Both the position numbers and the translations under genes were made by a program. DNA of 63,669 nucleotides, the filler included, from Phoronis australis (Eukaryota; Animalia; Phoronida), in assembly GCA_002633005.1 (NCBI GenBank). It is 5 parts of 5 records of this genome, joined end to end, with 100 filler letters (N's around TTAATTAATTAA, not from the genome) between each part and the next. Parts side by side here need not be neighbours in the genome. Positions count along the whole stretch, not along the records: positions 1 to 14,665 come from NMRA01000684.1; 4 more parts are not named here. One strand, given 5' to 3'. How positions within the stretch are numbered: position 1 is the stretch's first letter; the number at the start of each line of letters is the position of its first letter. The notes below the pieces were generated by a model, which was not told the origin of the DNA, ran no database searches, and worked only from the letters and a program-made list of their open reading frames with translations. This document shows, in pieces, positions 1 to 12,720 of this stretch.

Positions 1-2926
1 AATAAAATGGCTGCCGAAGGCAGTGCACATTTGAAATAACTCGGCACAAATTAAAGAAAACTTCCGAATCGATGAATGCGGTATATCTGTGAGAGTTAAA
101 TCGAATCCTATTCAGATCATAACTTTGAAGTGGAATAATTCGGTGAGTACAACAGCAAGTCGGTTTTATGCTTAGGCGGACGAACATTGGGCTCCCCAGT
201 ATACTGGCAATTACAAACATGAATGAAAGTTTGACAAAAATACAGAATACAAGTCACAAACATTCATGGTAAAATTATTTCTAAGAGAAAACAAGCTATT
301 TTAAAACAGATTGCAAAGTTATAGGCACAATTCACACAAAGGACATTTTGAAAATGCACAGTTTTTGGGGTTGACAAGTCATTTCCAGGCGACTCAAGTC
401 GTACATGGGGTTTTAAAAATATAAATGTTCTGTAAGTCCACGTAACTTAGACTACCAAAAATACAAGATTGTATTGATTCAGACATTCCGTTGAGCATGT
501 TGAGCAAGCTTTCATGTGCCAGTGGTGGGCAGGTTCATAAAACCAGGCATAACGCCGGGCAAGTTCAAGCACGAAGGACGATGGGATAAAGAAAGTACAG
601 TGTGAAATGCTCAATTTAAAATCTCGCTCAAATTTAAACTCCTAATTCCGGATAGTGATTGTTTAAGACAGAGATAGCACAACACATGGTGGAACAAAAA
701 TGTCGCTTTCTGTCAAATCAACTGAGTTTATATACCGAAAATTCTTCATAACATATTGTAAACAAAAACTCACCCTTCCAGCTGCAACTCCTCTAAGGTC
801 AAGGTCTTGTTCGTGGTCACGTGTGGTTCACTGAGATAGTTCATTCCTTCGCCGCCAGGAGAGGCAGGTGTAATACGATAAATTCTTGCAAGCCGCGTGG
901 CTGGGCTAAGCACGCAGGGAACCAGCGAGGGTTCCCAGGGCTCACACTTTGACGTCACGCATAGCGTGTACATGTGCAAAGGAGAGTAGATAACGATAAC
1001 ACTGCTTTCTCTGGTACCCGCGGTAGTTTCCTAAGTCGGTCTTCAGTGCTTATCTGCTTATCAGCGTGTTTGGCGTCTTGGCGTAGTTGGATCTTCCAGA
1101 CGATTTAGTGATTTACTTTGTGTGTAATCATAGATTGGTGTGGTCAGGTGGTTAATCTTTAGACTGCAACAAGTAAGTTCACTATTGTTTCATGTATCTG
1201 TTGGGGCAGGCCGATTCCTGTCTTGTTTTGTCTCTGGCTGTAGCAGGCCTACGGACGGGATGGCTGACCGAATTACGGTAGCTTAAATCATGAAAATGCA
1301 CAGGCGTCCTCAGCTTCTGATCGTCCCCAGCCCGCAATACAAGTTGTATTATACTCGGGAACCCAATCATGGTCGTCCGCCTAAGCATAAAACCGGCTTT
1401 TTGTCGTTCTCACCCAATTATTCCACTTCAAAGTTATGCTCTGCATAGAACTTGATTTGACCCTCACAAATCCATAGTATTAGTTGATTCAAAAGTTTTC
1501 TTTTATTTATGCCGATTTGTTTGAACTGTGCATTGCTTTTCGGCAGCCATTTTATAATGACTTCTATGGTCGTCATATGCTGCCGCCTTTTGAAAGAACA
1601 GAAAACCACACAGAAAAAGGCCAAGAAAATTGTGGAAAGTGGTTTACAGCAATTATACTTCAACCACAAAGTGTTTCACTAGTACAATATCGATTTTTAA
1701 ATCGATTAAAATTGATTTAGAATTTCAATTCTGGAAAATAAATTGCACGGTTTTATTCCAGATAGACCTCACTTATTTTCTATTTGTGTCCTTTTTATTT
1801 GACTTTTTGGTCTTGTTGTTCTTAACACCACTTATCTCTGCTGTCTTTCTTTTTCTTTTCAGTTTTTCTTCATTCTCTGTTAACACCTTGTCAGCCAAAA
1901 GAGAACTGTAACCCTTTGAGACTTTGTCGGTGCAAGTTGATCATTGAACCTTGATACAATTGTTCTAATAAATTACCCAATATCGTATTGTTTGATTTTT
2001 TCTCACCTTTAACAGGCTTCTGCAATCATAAATAAATAAATAAATACCCAAGTTGTATTTGCATTTTATTGCTCTATCTCTTGTTATATTTTTGATTATG
2101 TCATGCTGTGTTGTATGTAACAATGCAATATGGTGAAATAAAGTCAATGTTTTACTTTATTGGTGGCCATTCTCTATCAATTCAAGTATTTTAATTTTCC
2201 TCAAATGAATTCAAAATGTTTTAACCAAAAATTTCAACATAAATGTTGAGCTCAGTACTCTGTTTTGCAATAAAAAACAAGTGGACAATATTTTGATGAC
2301 CATGGTGTGGGCCGAAACTGTTAAGCACCCAGCGTGTTCTATTTGTCTGCTGCGTTTTTCCTTTGGCCTAACAGGTGTTGGTTAGTGCCTGGGACAAATA
2401 GATACATTGCGTAAACAATCCTAGTATTGTTTTTTGTTCCGTTTGAAGAAAATTTACTTTCGAAAATATCTTCTGAAAATGAACAAAAAAGTGCATTAGT
2501 AAAATCTACAAGTTTTAAGTGGTCCCAAAAAAACAGTCGGTGAATGCATTCATTTTAGTCTCAGTTCTTCCATGCGTGTTTGTCCCGAGAGGTTAGTACC
2601 TAACGTGCCGGCGAGCACTCCAAATTGGAACGCTAAGTCCCGCGTGGCTGCGCTGCACGCGAAAGAAAATGGCGGATGCCCTTTGGAGCCTGACTACGAT
2701 AGGTATCCCGTCTGTATAGTCAGTATGCTACAGCCATCCATAGCAAACACAAAACTCAATAAATTTACATAAAAAAGAGGTTCAACAAACCATGAGGAAT
2801 TGTTCTTTCTTCCAATACCATTTACAGTGTCCTGCTCCACCGAGTTCGCAAGAAATTCACGGTCAAGGTCAAAGCACAAAAATCTTCCCAAAACAGCTCA
2901 TCTGGAGCAACTTCCTGGTCTCAAGT

Positions 2927-3552
2927 GCAGGGTACGGAATCTCACTGGTTCCTCGCGTGCTTAATCCAGCCAGCACGCAGGTATCACGCAGTGGCACGCG
3001 CTTTAGCATTGGTCGATGTCACGGTAACCTCGGCTGTCATTGGTTAGTTTTACAACAACGTGAAAAAATGGTGGGCTGTGAACGATTTTTAGCCTAATTG
3101 CCATGCAAGTGGCGTCGCAGCAATTTTTTCATTTCTACAGTGATGTTTAATAGCCGCGTGCTTGAAGCACATGCATGTACAATAAACACATATCTGGCTG
3201 ATTTAACCGGTGTGTTATTTATACTGTATGAATACAGGACACTATCGTAAACAAAAGTCATCGACAGTAGAAAGATGCATTCCGAAAAGGCGCAATCACA
3301 ATTTCTAGGCTTCACATTTCTTGAACATAAATTTTAAGCACTGATTTGTCTGCACAACAGACCACATTAATTTACACTTCAGTCTATCAGTCATGCCAGT
3401 TTGTTTGCGTAAAGTGCTGCCTGTTGAGAATTCGACTAGCCAATCAGAAACGCCGGTGTAGAAAAATTTACCAAGGAAAATTAAGTGATACGTGCATGCT
3501 GGCGCGGCTACCGCCCCACCTAGCGGCACTCGGAACCAGCGAGGGTACGGAA
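2927..3552. mobile_element. Putative non-autonomous DNA element with diverged inverted ends
   Basis: ~2930-2990 (ctcactggttcc...cagcacgcaggtatcac) is roughly the reverse complement of ~3485-3545 (gtgatacgtgcatgctgg...ggaaccagcgaggg). A similar end lies at ~890-935. Confidence 0.4.
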
Positions 3553-4424
3553 TTATCCGATGAGTTACGGATGATCGGTGGAAAGTCACGGCATCGATAA
3601 CTCGGCAATTGCCGTTGACATGTATTCCTTTCGGTCTCTTATTATTTTAACTCCAGAGCACCCATGGACATCTTTGATATGAATACTTTTTGTTTCAGAC
3701 GTTTTCCAAAAACTAACTAAAGGATTTCTTTACAAGCTTGGGGCACTAACACAAAAACAACAAGTTCACTAAATTTGCATTTTGTTTTATTTGCATTCTA
3801 TGATGTGGTCCCACAAGTTGAATTCTCTTAACAATAGCTGGATGACACCATATATACCGGTAAGCTTCTTAGCAAATACTTTCGAAACTGAAAAAGTCCA
3901 ATGCCAAGTTTAAATCCGGAGCAACATCTGTACTTGATTTTATGAAGTCTTTGTGCGAGACAGATTACATATTCCGCAAGTTTGGAACGTAAAAATAACA
4001 CGTAAAATTAACACCTACCTTTATTTTTATTGGCTAAAAATTGTAGTGGGTGTGACGGACCTACGTGACAGATGTACAAATTTTTCGTATATCCGTCACG
4101 CGTGTTCTGACTTAACGAATAATCCCTGTTGTCTAAAATGTGGGTCAATTTCATTGAGAAACAAGTTAAAAGAGAATCTGAAATTATTTTATTTTTTACT
4201 GAAAACTTTTGACGTGATGAAACGTTTTAGCACTTTTTTACACCATGATATTCAGGAGTTGGCCTTTGACCCAAGGAGGTCGACTATGTAATACAGGTCA
4301 AGTGATATTTTTTAGAAATTTTACGCTTTATGTGATTGCACAAATTTGATTTTATACCAAAATACCCATAATTAGATCATTTATGACAATAATTAGCAAG
4401 ACCCATAAAGATGGGGTAATTTTT

Positions 4425-4634
4425 NNNNNNNNNNNNNNNNNNNNNNNNNNNNNNNNNNNNNNNNNNNNNNNNNNNNNNNNNNNNNNNNNNNNNNNNNNNN
4501 NNNNNNNNNNNNNNNNNNNNNNNNNNNNNNNNNNNNNNNNNNNNNNNNNNNNNNNNNNNNNNNNNNNNNNNNNNNNNNNNNNNNNNNNNNNNNNNNNNNN
4601 NNNNNNNNNNNNNNNNNNNNNNNNNNNNNNNNNN
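4425..4634. other. Scaffold gap (210 N)
   Basis: Run of N just upstream of the first visible GST exon. Confidence 0.99.
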
Positions 4635-4676
4635 GGTGCTTATTGTTCTAAAATATTGCCGTTATTTCCATTGCAG

Positions 4677-4712
4677 TGCCAAAGTACACACTTGTCTATT
4701 TTGATATCCGAG
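4677..4712 (+). CDS. GSTP: Glutathione S-transferase Pi-class, first visible coding exon (the A of ATG lies on an unlocated upstream exon)
   Basis: ttgcag|TG CCA AAG TAC ACA CTT GTC TAT TTT GAT ATC CGA G|gtaggt gives (M)PKYTLVYFDIRG, including the catalytic Tyr. The 36-nt size and split ATG match vertebrate GSTP1 exon 2 as I recall it. Confidence 0.88.
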
Positions 4713-6204
4713 GTAGGTTCGTCTTACGTGTAGCTTAAACTAGAAACTAACCGTAGAATTAACCCAGATACTGGAGGCCATTCCTACAGGATTGCTGCTG
4801 TGTCTTGCACCTTTCAGGATACTGCTACAACGCTAACATTAACTTGTCAATCTGAGCTTTGAAAGTGTGGGTTGAAAGCCACTGAAGACAGAGAGGTGGG
4901 AGTTTAGCTGGCTGACCGTTACAGTGAAATCTGAGCCGACTGCTCATATCAAAAAATATCAAGGCATGAAAGTACCACCAGAGTTAGATTTAGCAGGCCT
5001 TGTACATTCACTGCATAAAACCATCTCTGAATGTATAAGTGCTCCACCTTGGTCTTGCATTGTTTTGAGGTTATTGTCTAGAGTTGACTTATCACCTCTC
5101 ACATTTGCATTACCTTACTTGTTACCTTGACCTTGACATATTGCTGGATCCTGTACCTTTGAGAATGAGGAGTGTACCTCGAAACTTGTCAGAAAATGAA
5201 GTTGTGTTTTAGATTTTCTGTGTACGTATGCCTATTTCATGTGCCCAACCAGCCATAATAATGGCGGCCTCAAATTTTTGAAAATGTGTACCTTTCTGGG
5301 CTGTGAAGTGTGCATTCGCCGAATTTTGACATTTCCTGCCATTTTAGTGGACTTTTGCCTCATTTTCTCTGAGGCGGACCTTTTTGCCCACTTCGCCAAA
5401 TGGTGGGGGAGGGCTTGTTTGAGCCCCCGTGGGTGCACGTATGCCTATTTGGTGCTTGTTGCCAGTTGTTGAGTATAGGTGTTTTCATAGCCCAAGGCAC
5501 ATAGGTCCAGACGGTACTAGTAAGTGTTAGCATGTGTCCAGGCATGATTGTGCACCTTGAAATATTCTCAACAGCAGTGAAATTATATTATCACAACATC
5601 AGATGAAATGTCATCATTGGACCATGGATGTGAACTAAAATCCAAGTCGCTTCCTTGAACACCATTTGTAAAATCTCTTTTTCTATTTACACCAACCTGC
5701 AACCAACTTTGGCACAATATTTTGGTCAGTCGTTCCTCCGGCCCTCTTTTTACAGCGCTGCGTGAATAAGCATGGTTCTCCAAAAAGTTCTTGTTTTGAC
5801 CACTGTGAGTGTACTGCACACGCTCCCTCATTCTTTTAATAATGCTGCCGCACCCGCTGTGATGGTTGGAAGAGGAGGTGGGGGGGGGGGTCAAGTTGTA
5901 CTGTTTCTGGTTTTGAGAAACAATAAAGATGTTATGAGTGAAACGGAGCTGTCGTATAATTCAGTAGTAAGGCTAATTGTATGTTACATAACATCATTCT
6001 GAAATGGTAAAACGGAATTTGCTGATTTGTCAAGCAGAAAAGAAAAGGTGGTATTGCGGTAGGTTATTTAACAAATTCCTGTTTTGAAAGCGGAAAATTA
6101 GGGTTTCTATAGTATATGAATGAGATGTTGTTTTTGAATGTTTTTGTGGTAAATTCCTTTTGGAAATAATAGTTCTTTAACTAGTGGGATATACTTGTTT
6201 TCAG

Positions 6205-6305
6205 GCCTTGCGGAAACCATCCGGCTGCTGTTCATTGACAATGGTGTAGAATTTCAAGAGGAAGCTATTGCTTTCGATAAGTGGAAGGATGTAAAGCCCA
6301 CAATG
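6205..6305 (+). CDS. GSTP: GST Pi-class exon
   Basis: tttcag|...|gtaagt; (G)LAETIRLLFIDNGVEFQEEAIAFDKWKDVKPTM; phase consistent with neighbouring exons. Confidence 0.93.
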
Positions 6306-7555
6306 GTAAGTCTACTATGAACTTGATCAACTTTCCTCTAGCACTGTTGAGATTGGTATTGGAGTTGACTAATTTAGTGCTGCAGTGGTGCTCAGGGATA
6401 CACTGAAAGCCAGGTACACCGTGTGGCTTGAACACTAAAAGGCCAAAAGGTTTTCACCAATTTACTGCATCCCTAGTTGGTGACAAGAGACATTGGTGAC
6501 TAGTGTTGCACCCTAATTCCACTTGACCTGTGACTTGAGTGAAGATTTAAGGCAGCGACATTTCACAGCATTTTAAAACTATATTCTTTGAGATATTCAT
6601 ACCATCAAATTACCACTGTTGCATTGTGTGATTCTCAATCGATTCATGGCAAAATTAAGATGATTGGTCACATTTGTTTTAGGCCAAAACATGAGCATAG
6701 ATTACTCTGGTGTTCAGATTTTAGACAAGGATAATGCCACCCTTAGTCTCCTCATAAAGGAAGGTATGGATATACGGTTGAACCATGCTGAGCGCTATCT
6801 CAATAGAAACATTGGTTCATTTGAGCTCCAACTGTTTTAATTTCTGGTCTCTCCCTTCGCAATGCATTTTGACGTGCACCTGTACTATCAGTCTGTTCTC
6901 CACCTGCCATCTGATTGAATAATGTGAACTTTTGCCTTGAGAATGGTTTGTAGTGAATAAACTGAAACGTCGGATCAATATGTCTTTGTTTACTTGCATG
7001 CTAATTTTAAAGCTTTTGCTTGAGATAAAATTTCCGATTTCAAAAATGCACTTAATCATCTTTGTTAAATCAGTCCTTCTTGAATCCGTGTAAACCACAC
7101 CCAGAAGTGCGTCAATGCCACTCTGGTTTAATTTCTTTGTAAACACAGCTTGCCAGATATAAGACAGGCAAGCATGGGCCTCAGCTGGGTTTCGGTTGGA
7201 TTCAAATACTATAGCTCACCCATTTGCAATGCAGTCGTGAGGGGCATTTCAATGCTTTGCCTTGCTCTTGTTCTATTTTTCAAGAGCTGATTACTTTCCT
7301 GCAAGTATTGGGAAACTTCAGGTGTTTTATTTTACAAACCAAGCTATATTCGCTGAAGTAATATTATTTTTGTTGCAGCTTCATTTGGCATAACAAGTTT
7401 TATTTGTCTGCCACATAGTGCAAAGTTAGTGAAAAAATTACCGTATGTATAAAATATCTTTGTACACTGTTGATGAAGACACCGCTCAAAACATTCAGTT
7501 TTTACCATATCTGTACCATGACTTTTAATATCTTGTTTTTTCCTCGATTTTTTAG

Positions 7556-7643
7556 AGATTTGGCCAAGTCCCTTGCCTCAAGGTAGATGGAGAAGAGATG
7601 GTACAGTCTAATGCCATTCTGCGCTATTTAGCTAAAAGCCACG
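7556..7643 (+). CDS. GSTP: GST Pi-class exon (G-site motifs)
   Basis: ttttag|...|gtatga; RFGQVPCLKVDGEEMVQSNAILRYLAKSH(G), containing the GQ-V-cisPro and QSNAILRYL motifs; 88 nt. Confidence 0.96.
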
Positions 7644-8711
7644 GTATGATTAAACACAGTTTTTGACAAAGAACATTAAGTTTTCAACTGGTTTATCATT
7701 GTCTACTGAGAGTTATCTCACAATGCGTCGAAAGCAAATTATGACACTGGGTTCTGACGACATAAAGCAATATGTTCTTCACCACCTCTGCTATGGAGAG
7801 CATATGCTCAGTTTTCAACGTATGTATGGTGGTGAAAATGATGATGATGATGGTTGCTATTACCTAGTACTTAAATTGCTGGAGTGCAATAACGCTGGTG
7901 AATTTACAATGTGTACGGTCTCATTTTCTTTGTTGTACATGTACAACAGCGTAAATATCTTACAAACATACGTAAAGTATACAGGTATCAAAATATACAG
8001 AATACCTTTTATAGACCATACATTCGCAAAGATAACAAATGTAATTACAAGAACAGTTAATATGTACACTAACCAAGAAATTCACAGCTATCAAAATGGT
8101 AATGGAAATCTCGGGGAGAGGAGGGAGGATCATGGCGCATTCTTTGGATCACCTTTGATGTGTTGTATGATTTCAAAATAAGCATTCCTATTAATGATTT
8201 GATTGTAGTTGTTAAAACATAATACTGGTTGGGTCAACCCATAACCTTTTATAGGTTCGGGTACTTATCTTCTAAATCGTTTGCGTTAAAACGATACTGG
8301 GTCATTATGTTTAGTTGTGAATAATTGTGTTGCTAGAAGTGATCCAACTATAACTTTTCTAAGAAATGATTATCTTAGAACTGTACAATATATTAGAGGT
8401 GATCCAAAAAATGCGACAAGACACTGTAAAATGAGGATGAAATAATCGTGGAACATCTGGACTTCAGAGATGCAACGTCGGGAAGTGGAGAACGTCATGC
8501 CTTCAAAAGGGCCGATTGTATTCAAACATAACTTTCAATTGAAGTGTTCTAACTATAACTTCTCTTGAAGGTCTCTATGGTACTAACCTTCAGTCGCACT
8601 AGGTCATTTAAGTTAGGTTATAAATGACCATGTAGCTGATGTAATCAAACTATAACTTCACTTGAAGTTTTCTAATGTAGCTGAAATGGTCCAACTGTTC
8701 TTCTCTTGAAG

Positions 8712-8815
8712 GTCTCTACGGTAGTGACCCTAAGTCCCAGTATGAAATTGACATGTGGAATGATGGTGTGGATGATGTGAAGAAGAAGTACATCGAGATG
8801 ATCTACCGTAATTAT
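8712..8815 (+). CDS. GSTP: GST Pi-class exon
   Basis: ttgaag|...|gtaagt; (G)LYGSDPKSQYEIDMWNDGVDDVKKKYIEMIYRNY; 104 nt. Confidence 0.95.
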
Positions 8816-9715
8816 GTAAGTTCTGGCACGTGCATATAGACTAGAAACATATGGCTATAACTTGTCTTAAGTTTGTGTGTAGCTGGGTGGCCACTTTTTA
8901 TGTGTGGTACTGAGTGTCATGGACTCAAACTTTGAAACCTTTGGATTGATTTTGATGACATAGGTACTGAATGCTTGTGTTTTTGTAATCTTGTGATATC
9001 ACTTTCGATATTTAAATGAAATTCCTCTCAAATCCTTAATTTAAGTATCCTGCTAATAGTCTGTGTATTATTGTCAGTGTTTTACATTTAATGTACCAAG
9101 ATCCCTTATCCATCTCCGGTTACGCTGGTTTATTTATAACGAGATTCCGCACAAAAATATGGCACCTTGTTAGCCGCATTTATTCATGGCTATCTATAGT
9201 TCATGCGATCTTTATATGTCTATGGGTGTGCCTGCATGCTAAAGATGTCATTGTTTGGTTCAGTGAAATCGAAGGAGGTGTTAGTTCTTCATTAAATACA
9301 AGATAGATTTGAAACAGGCTGGACACCTTTTGGACAGTATGCATGGCATAGTCTCTGTTGAACACAGTTCTGATTAGTATATTTAGTGGACTTGAGAGGG
9401 AATGGGAAAATATCACTTGAATGTAGTACCACAAGACAGGGTAAGAAGAATTTCCTTCTGGCCTATACTGAAGGTGTTGAGGTATAACTCTCCATCTGCA
9501 TTGGCCCTAAGGTACAACCTGAGACTTGCAAATGAGTACTATCTAATCAAACATCAGAAAATCAAAATGTAAAGTAGAATTATTGCCTGAAATTGATAGT
9601 GAAATTTTTAACTCGTGATTCACTTGAAAAGTTGAATTTGAACGCAGAAGAGAACTCTTTTATCCATTCATCAGCAATTCGTGTTTAAATTCATTTGTTC
9701 AATCTCTATTTATAG

Positions 9716-9772
9716 GATCAAGGCAAGGGTGCTTATATTGAAAGCATTCCATCTCTGTTGGCCCCCTTTGAG
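9716..9772 (+). CDS. GSTP: GST Pi-class exon
   Basis: ttatag|...|gtaact; DQGKGAYIESIPSLLAPFE, similar to Pi-class EAGKDDYVKALPGQLKPFE. Confidence 0.92.
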
Positions 9773-11006
9773 GTAACTGTTTTCTACAAGATTTCTTGTT
9801 CAGTTCAACGTCTTCTCAATCAATATGAGTGCTTACATTTTGAATTGAGGTTTCTTTAAATAACCGTACAGTTATGAAACTGCGTTTAAGAAAATTCTAA
9901 AATTATCCTAAGTGTCCCTTTTAAGAGGCCTGGAATGTGATAAACAGACTAAAGTGCAATATTGAAAGTGGTTCTCTGCCACTGAAACAAAATTCAACCT
10001 GCTCACCAAGTAGTTTAGGGTTTGTTCGTAAAGATTTTTAATTTCTGTTTATATCAAAGCATTTTCTTTTAGTTTCAAATTTAAAAAAATCATCTCTCAG
10101 TTGCTCACCACTTTGTCGATTTTTCTCCCACAAGGCAAAGCGCATCTCCTTATTTGGTATGGCAAGACATAGACATAGCACATTTCCCTTATATGTGACC
10201 TTTGACCTAAAGTAACTTCAAGCAACTGACTGTGAGGGCATGTGTGCATTTAACATTAAGTGGGAGGGAGATTAGAAACTGTCGCAGTGGTAACCACGTA
10301 GTTTTCCCGTATTTCAAAAATCGTGGATTTTGTGATTTTTCTGTAAATTTCCTCATAGGAGGAAGTGAATTACTCTGCACATTTGTCTAGTAACTGAGAG
10401 ATATCACTTTCATCGTGAATTGTTTAAAAGATATTTTTGACAAGCTTTCATGCTATGAACAGTCCCACTAAATAAGATTGGTCCTAACCCCGGTCATCAA
10501 GGTAAACGGTGGGGTATGGAAAATTGAACTAGACCGTATTTATCCACCTTGGCTGAGTTGCGCTCGGCTCACGATGAAAGGGATGCCACCAAGCTGCTCT
10601 ATTCATCAAGTCACGAGCGAGGATAATTGGCTTCGCTCATGCGGATATGATCAGCTGATTACAATCTACCTAGCAGACTGTACTTTTTATGGAGAGAGTT
10701 ACAAGTAGTTTTTACTGTAATATTTGAAAAGAGGAGCGAAAACAAGTATGAGTACAACTTTGAATTTTTCAAATCGGCCCAGGATAAGAGATTTTGCAAC
10801 ACAGCAACACTCACGATTACTTTCAATCGGCGTGCACGAATACAAAAATATAGGACCCAAGTTATTTAGATTTTGGAGCACATGCATTGCAATATTCAAA
10901 ATACGTTTATTATGAATCTTACAAGCTGTAAAACGACGTTGTTTAGTTTCATTGTGCTCATTCATTGTCATCCGTCAAATCGGCAATTTCCGAGATGTGA
11001 TCTGCG

Positions 11007-11225
11007 GCGTGCGCGTATGTGTACAAAACACGTGATTGTTATGTTCTTGAAGTACGAAAATTAAGAAACTTTAGCATGTCGTTATTATTGACAGGGACAC
11101 GATAAAACGAATTTGGATATTGACTATAGTCTTGATACAGCAAGCTGGCTGACCACTGCGTCAGTGTCTCCGTTAGACCCAGAAATTTCACACAGCCCGG
11201 GTAGTTCACTTCGTCCCCAACATGG
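11007..11225 (+). repeat. Dispersed repeat, copy 1 (copy 2 at ~52450-52654)
   Basis: Near-identical ~200 bp (gtgattgttatgttc...cttcgtccccaacatg) on two different contigs. Confidence 0.85.
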
Positions 11226-11913
11226 GTGCATGTTGCGGTCATCTCTATCTGGGCGTCCGGTGTCCCCTGCTGTGTACCTCGCAACGTGTTGCTGAGATTT
11301 GGAAGTTGTGCTTCTATGAAGCTGATGACAGATTACACTCTTTCACAGTGCTACGAAAGGTAGCACTGTGGAATGTTGTTTAACATGCCTTCTCATTCGT
11401 TAAAGTAATGAAACAGACATCATAACATAGCCATTCCCATTGGTTGAAATCTGGGAAACCCCTTTCAGTTTACTGTTAAGTAGTATGGCGAACAGCTTTG
11501 ACTTGAATAGTTGCAATTTATTAAAACGGGCAGTGATTGAAGTAAACAAAATGAAGGAAACCCCGATCCAGGGGCTTCAGCCCAAACAAGTAGAGTGCAT
11601 GTGTGTGCAAGTGGTGGCGATGTAATCGGTAAACTTTCGACCAAGCATGTGTGGTTCATTATGTTTCTACAGGACCACTTTACAGTATAGGTGGCACTGT
11701 GGGTAATGGTCTGATATAACGTGCCTGAATTTTGAGAACCAGTTTTCCCCACTAAATAACTGGCATCAAACTGGTTCTCAAAATGCGGGCGCGTTATATC
11801 AGACTGATTTCCCTGTGTCTGAGGGTAATGACAGATGAATCCGACTACCACTGCATCACAGCAGCAAATTTATTTCTTCCGTTTGAAAATGGTTTGTGTT
11901 TCTTGTTTTACAG

Positions 11914-11952
11914 AAGCATCTTGGCAGCAATAAATTCCTGGCTGGAGACAAG
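11914..11952 (+). CDS. GSTP: GST Pi-class short exon
   Basis: ttacag|AAG CAT...GAC AAG|gtaatt; KHLGSNKFLAGDK, which leads into the ISFADY motif. Confidence 0.9.
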
Positions 11953-12288
11953 GTAATTAAAATAACTATAGTGGCTTAAATACCATCAGCATCATGTTTT
12001 TCCGAATTACAACAGATATTAAATGAAACAAAAATGATATTTCTTCTACTGTGGAACCAAGAGATGTAATCTTTGTTTGGCCTATGTTGAATTTTTTATT
12101 ACCACTTTGTGGCTGTCTGTATTTACCTTTAAATATCCAGTGCACCTGTTCATAAGGTGCATCATTCAGTTTCTCATTAATTTTCTGACATTTTTTGGAA
12201 CCGGCCTTCTCTTAACTTCATGGAAATACTCTCAATTTGTTCCTTAGCTAAATTATTAATCAGGGAGTTATTCCATTCCATTTTACAG

Positions 12289-12477
12289 ATTTCATTTGCT
12301 GACTACAACTTTTTCAACTTGGTCGACTTTCATGAGATTCTCGCACCAGGAACTTTGGCTAAAGTCCCAGCTATCAAAGCATATTTCCAGAGAATTGCTG
12401 ATCGTCCCAAGATTGCCGAGTACCGCAAGACTGACCTGTTCCAAACTCGTCCGGTGAATGGAAATGGCAAGCAATAG
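12289..12477 (+). CDS. GSTP: GST Pi-class terminal exon
   Basis: ttacag|ISFADYNFFNLVDFHEILAPGTLAKVPAIKAYFQRIADRPKIAEYRKTDLFQTRPVNGNGKQ*. The NGNGKQ C-terminus is the Pi-class signature. The spliced CDS is 615 nt (204 aa). Confidence 0.96.
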   Translation: MSFADYNFFNLVDFHEILAPGTLAKVPAIKAYFQRIADRPKIAEYRKTDLFQTRPVNGNGKQ

Positions 12478-12714
12478 CTTACAATGAAGCTGTAAATTGC
12501 CACGAATTTCAACTTTTTAGTTGTTAGTTGTTTGTGATATGAACTCAGAAAGCATTCTGTAGCAACATTATTTCAATACAAAATCTCTCATTCCTGCTAT
12601 GTCTTATGGACTGGCATAAGAACACGTAACATGAACCTGTGATGTCAGGTTTGAAAATGACAATCACAAAATAGTAAGTGCAATGAAATGCAATGTCAGA
12701 CTGATCTTGATACT

Positions 12715-12720
12715 AATAAA
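12715..12720 (+). terminator. Candidate polyadenylation signal of the GST gene
   Basis: AATAAA about 240 nt after the stop codon, followed by a T/GT-rich tract. Confidence 0.5.

Noticed and set aside
2292-2325. Hammerhead-like tTGATGA...GAAACTGTTA
   Set aside because: The core lacks the invariant C, stems I and II are poor, and there is no PLE context.
7663-8181. 172-aa ORF inside a GST intron
   Set aside because: Non-ATG start, low-complexity composition and no recognisable domain.
4740-11851. Coding-looking minus-strand ORFs in GST introns (5583-5894, 6817-7146, 9201-9434, 11465-11851) as a nested gene
   Set aside because: No recognisable homology and no consistent splice sites linking them.
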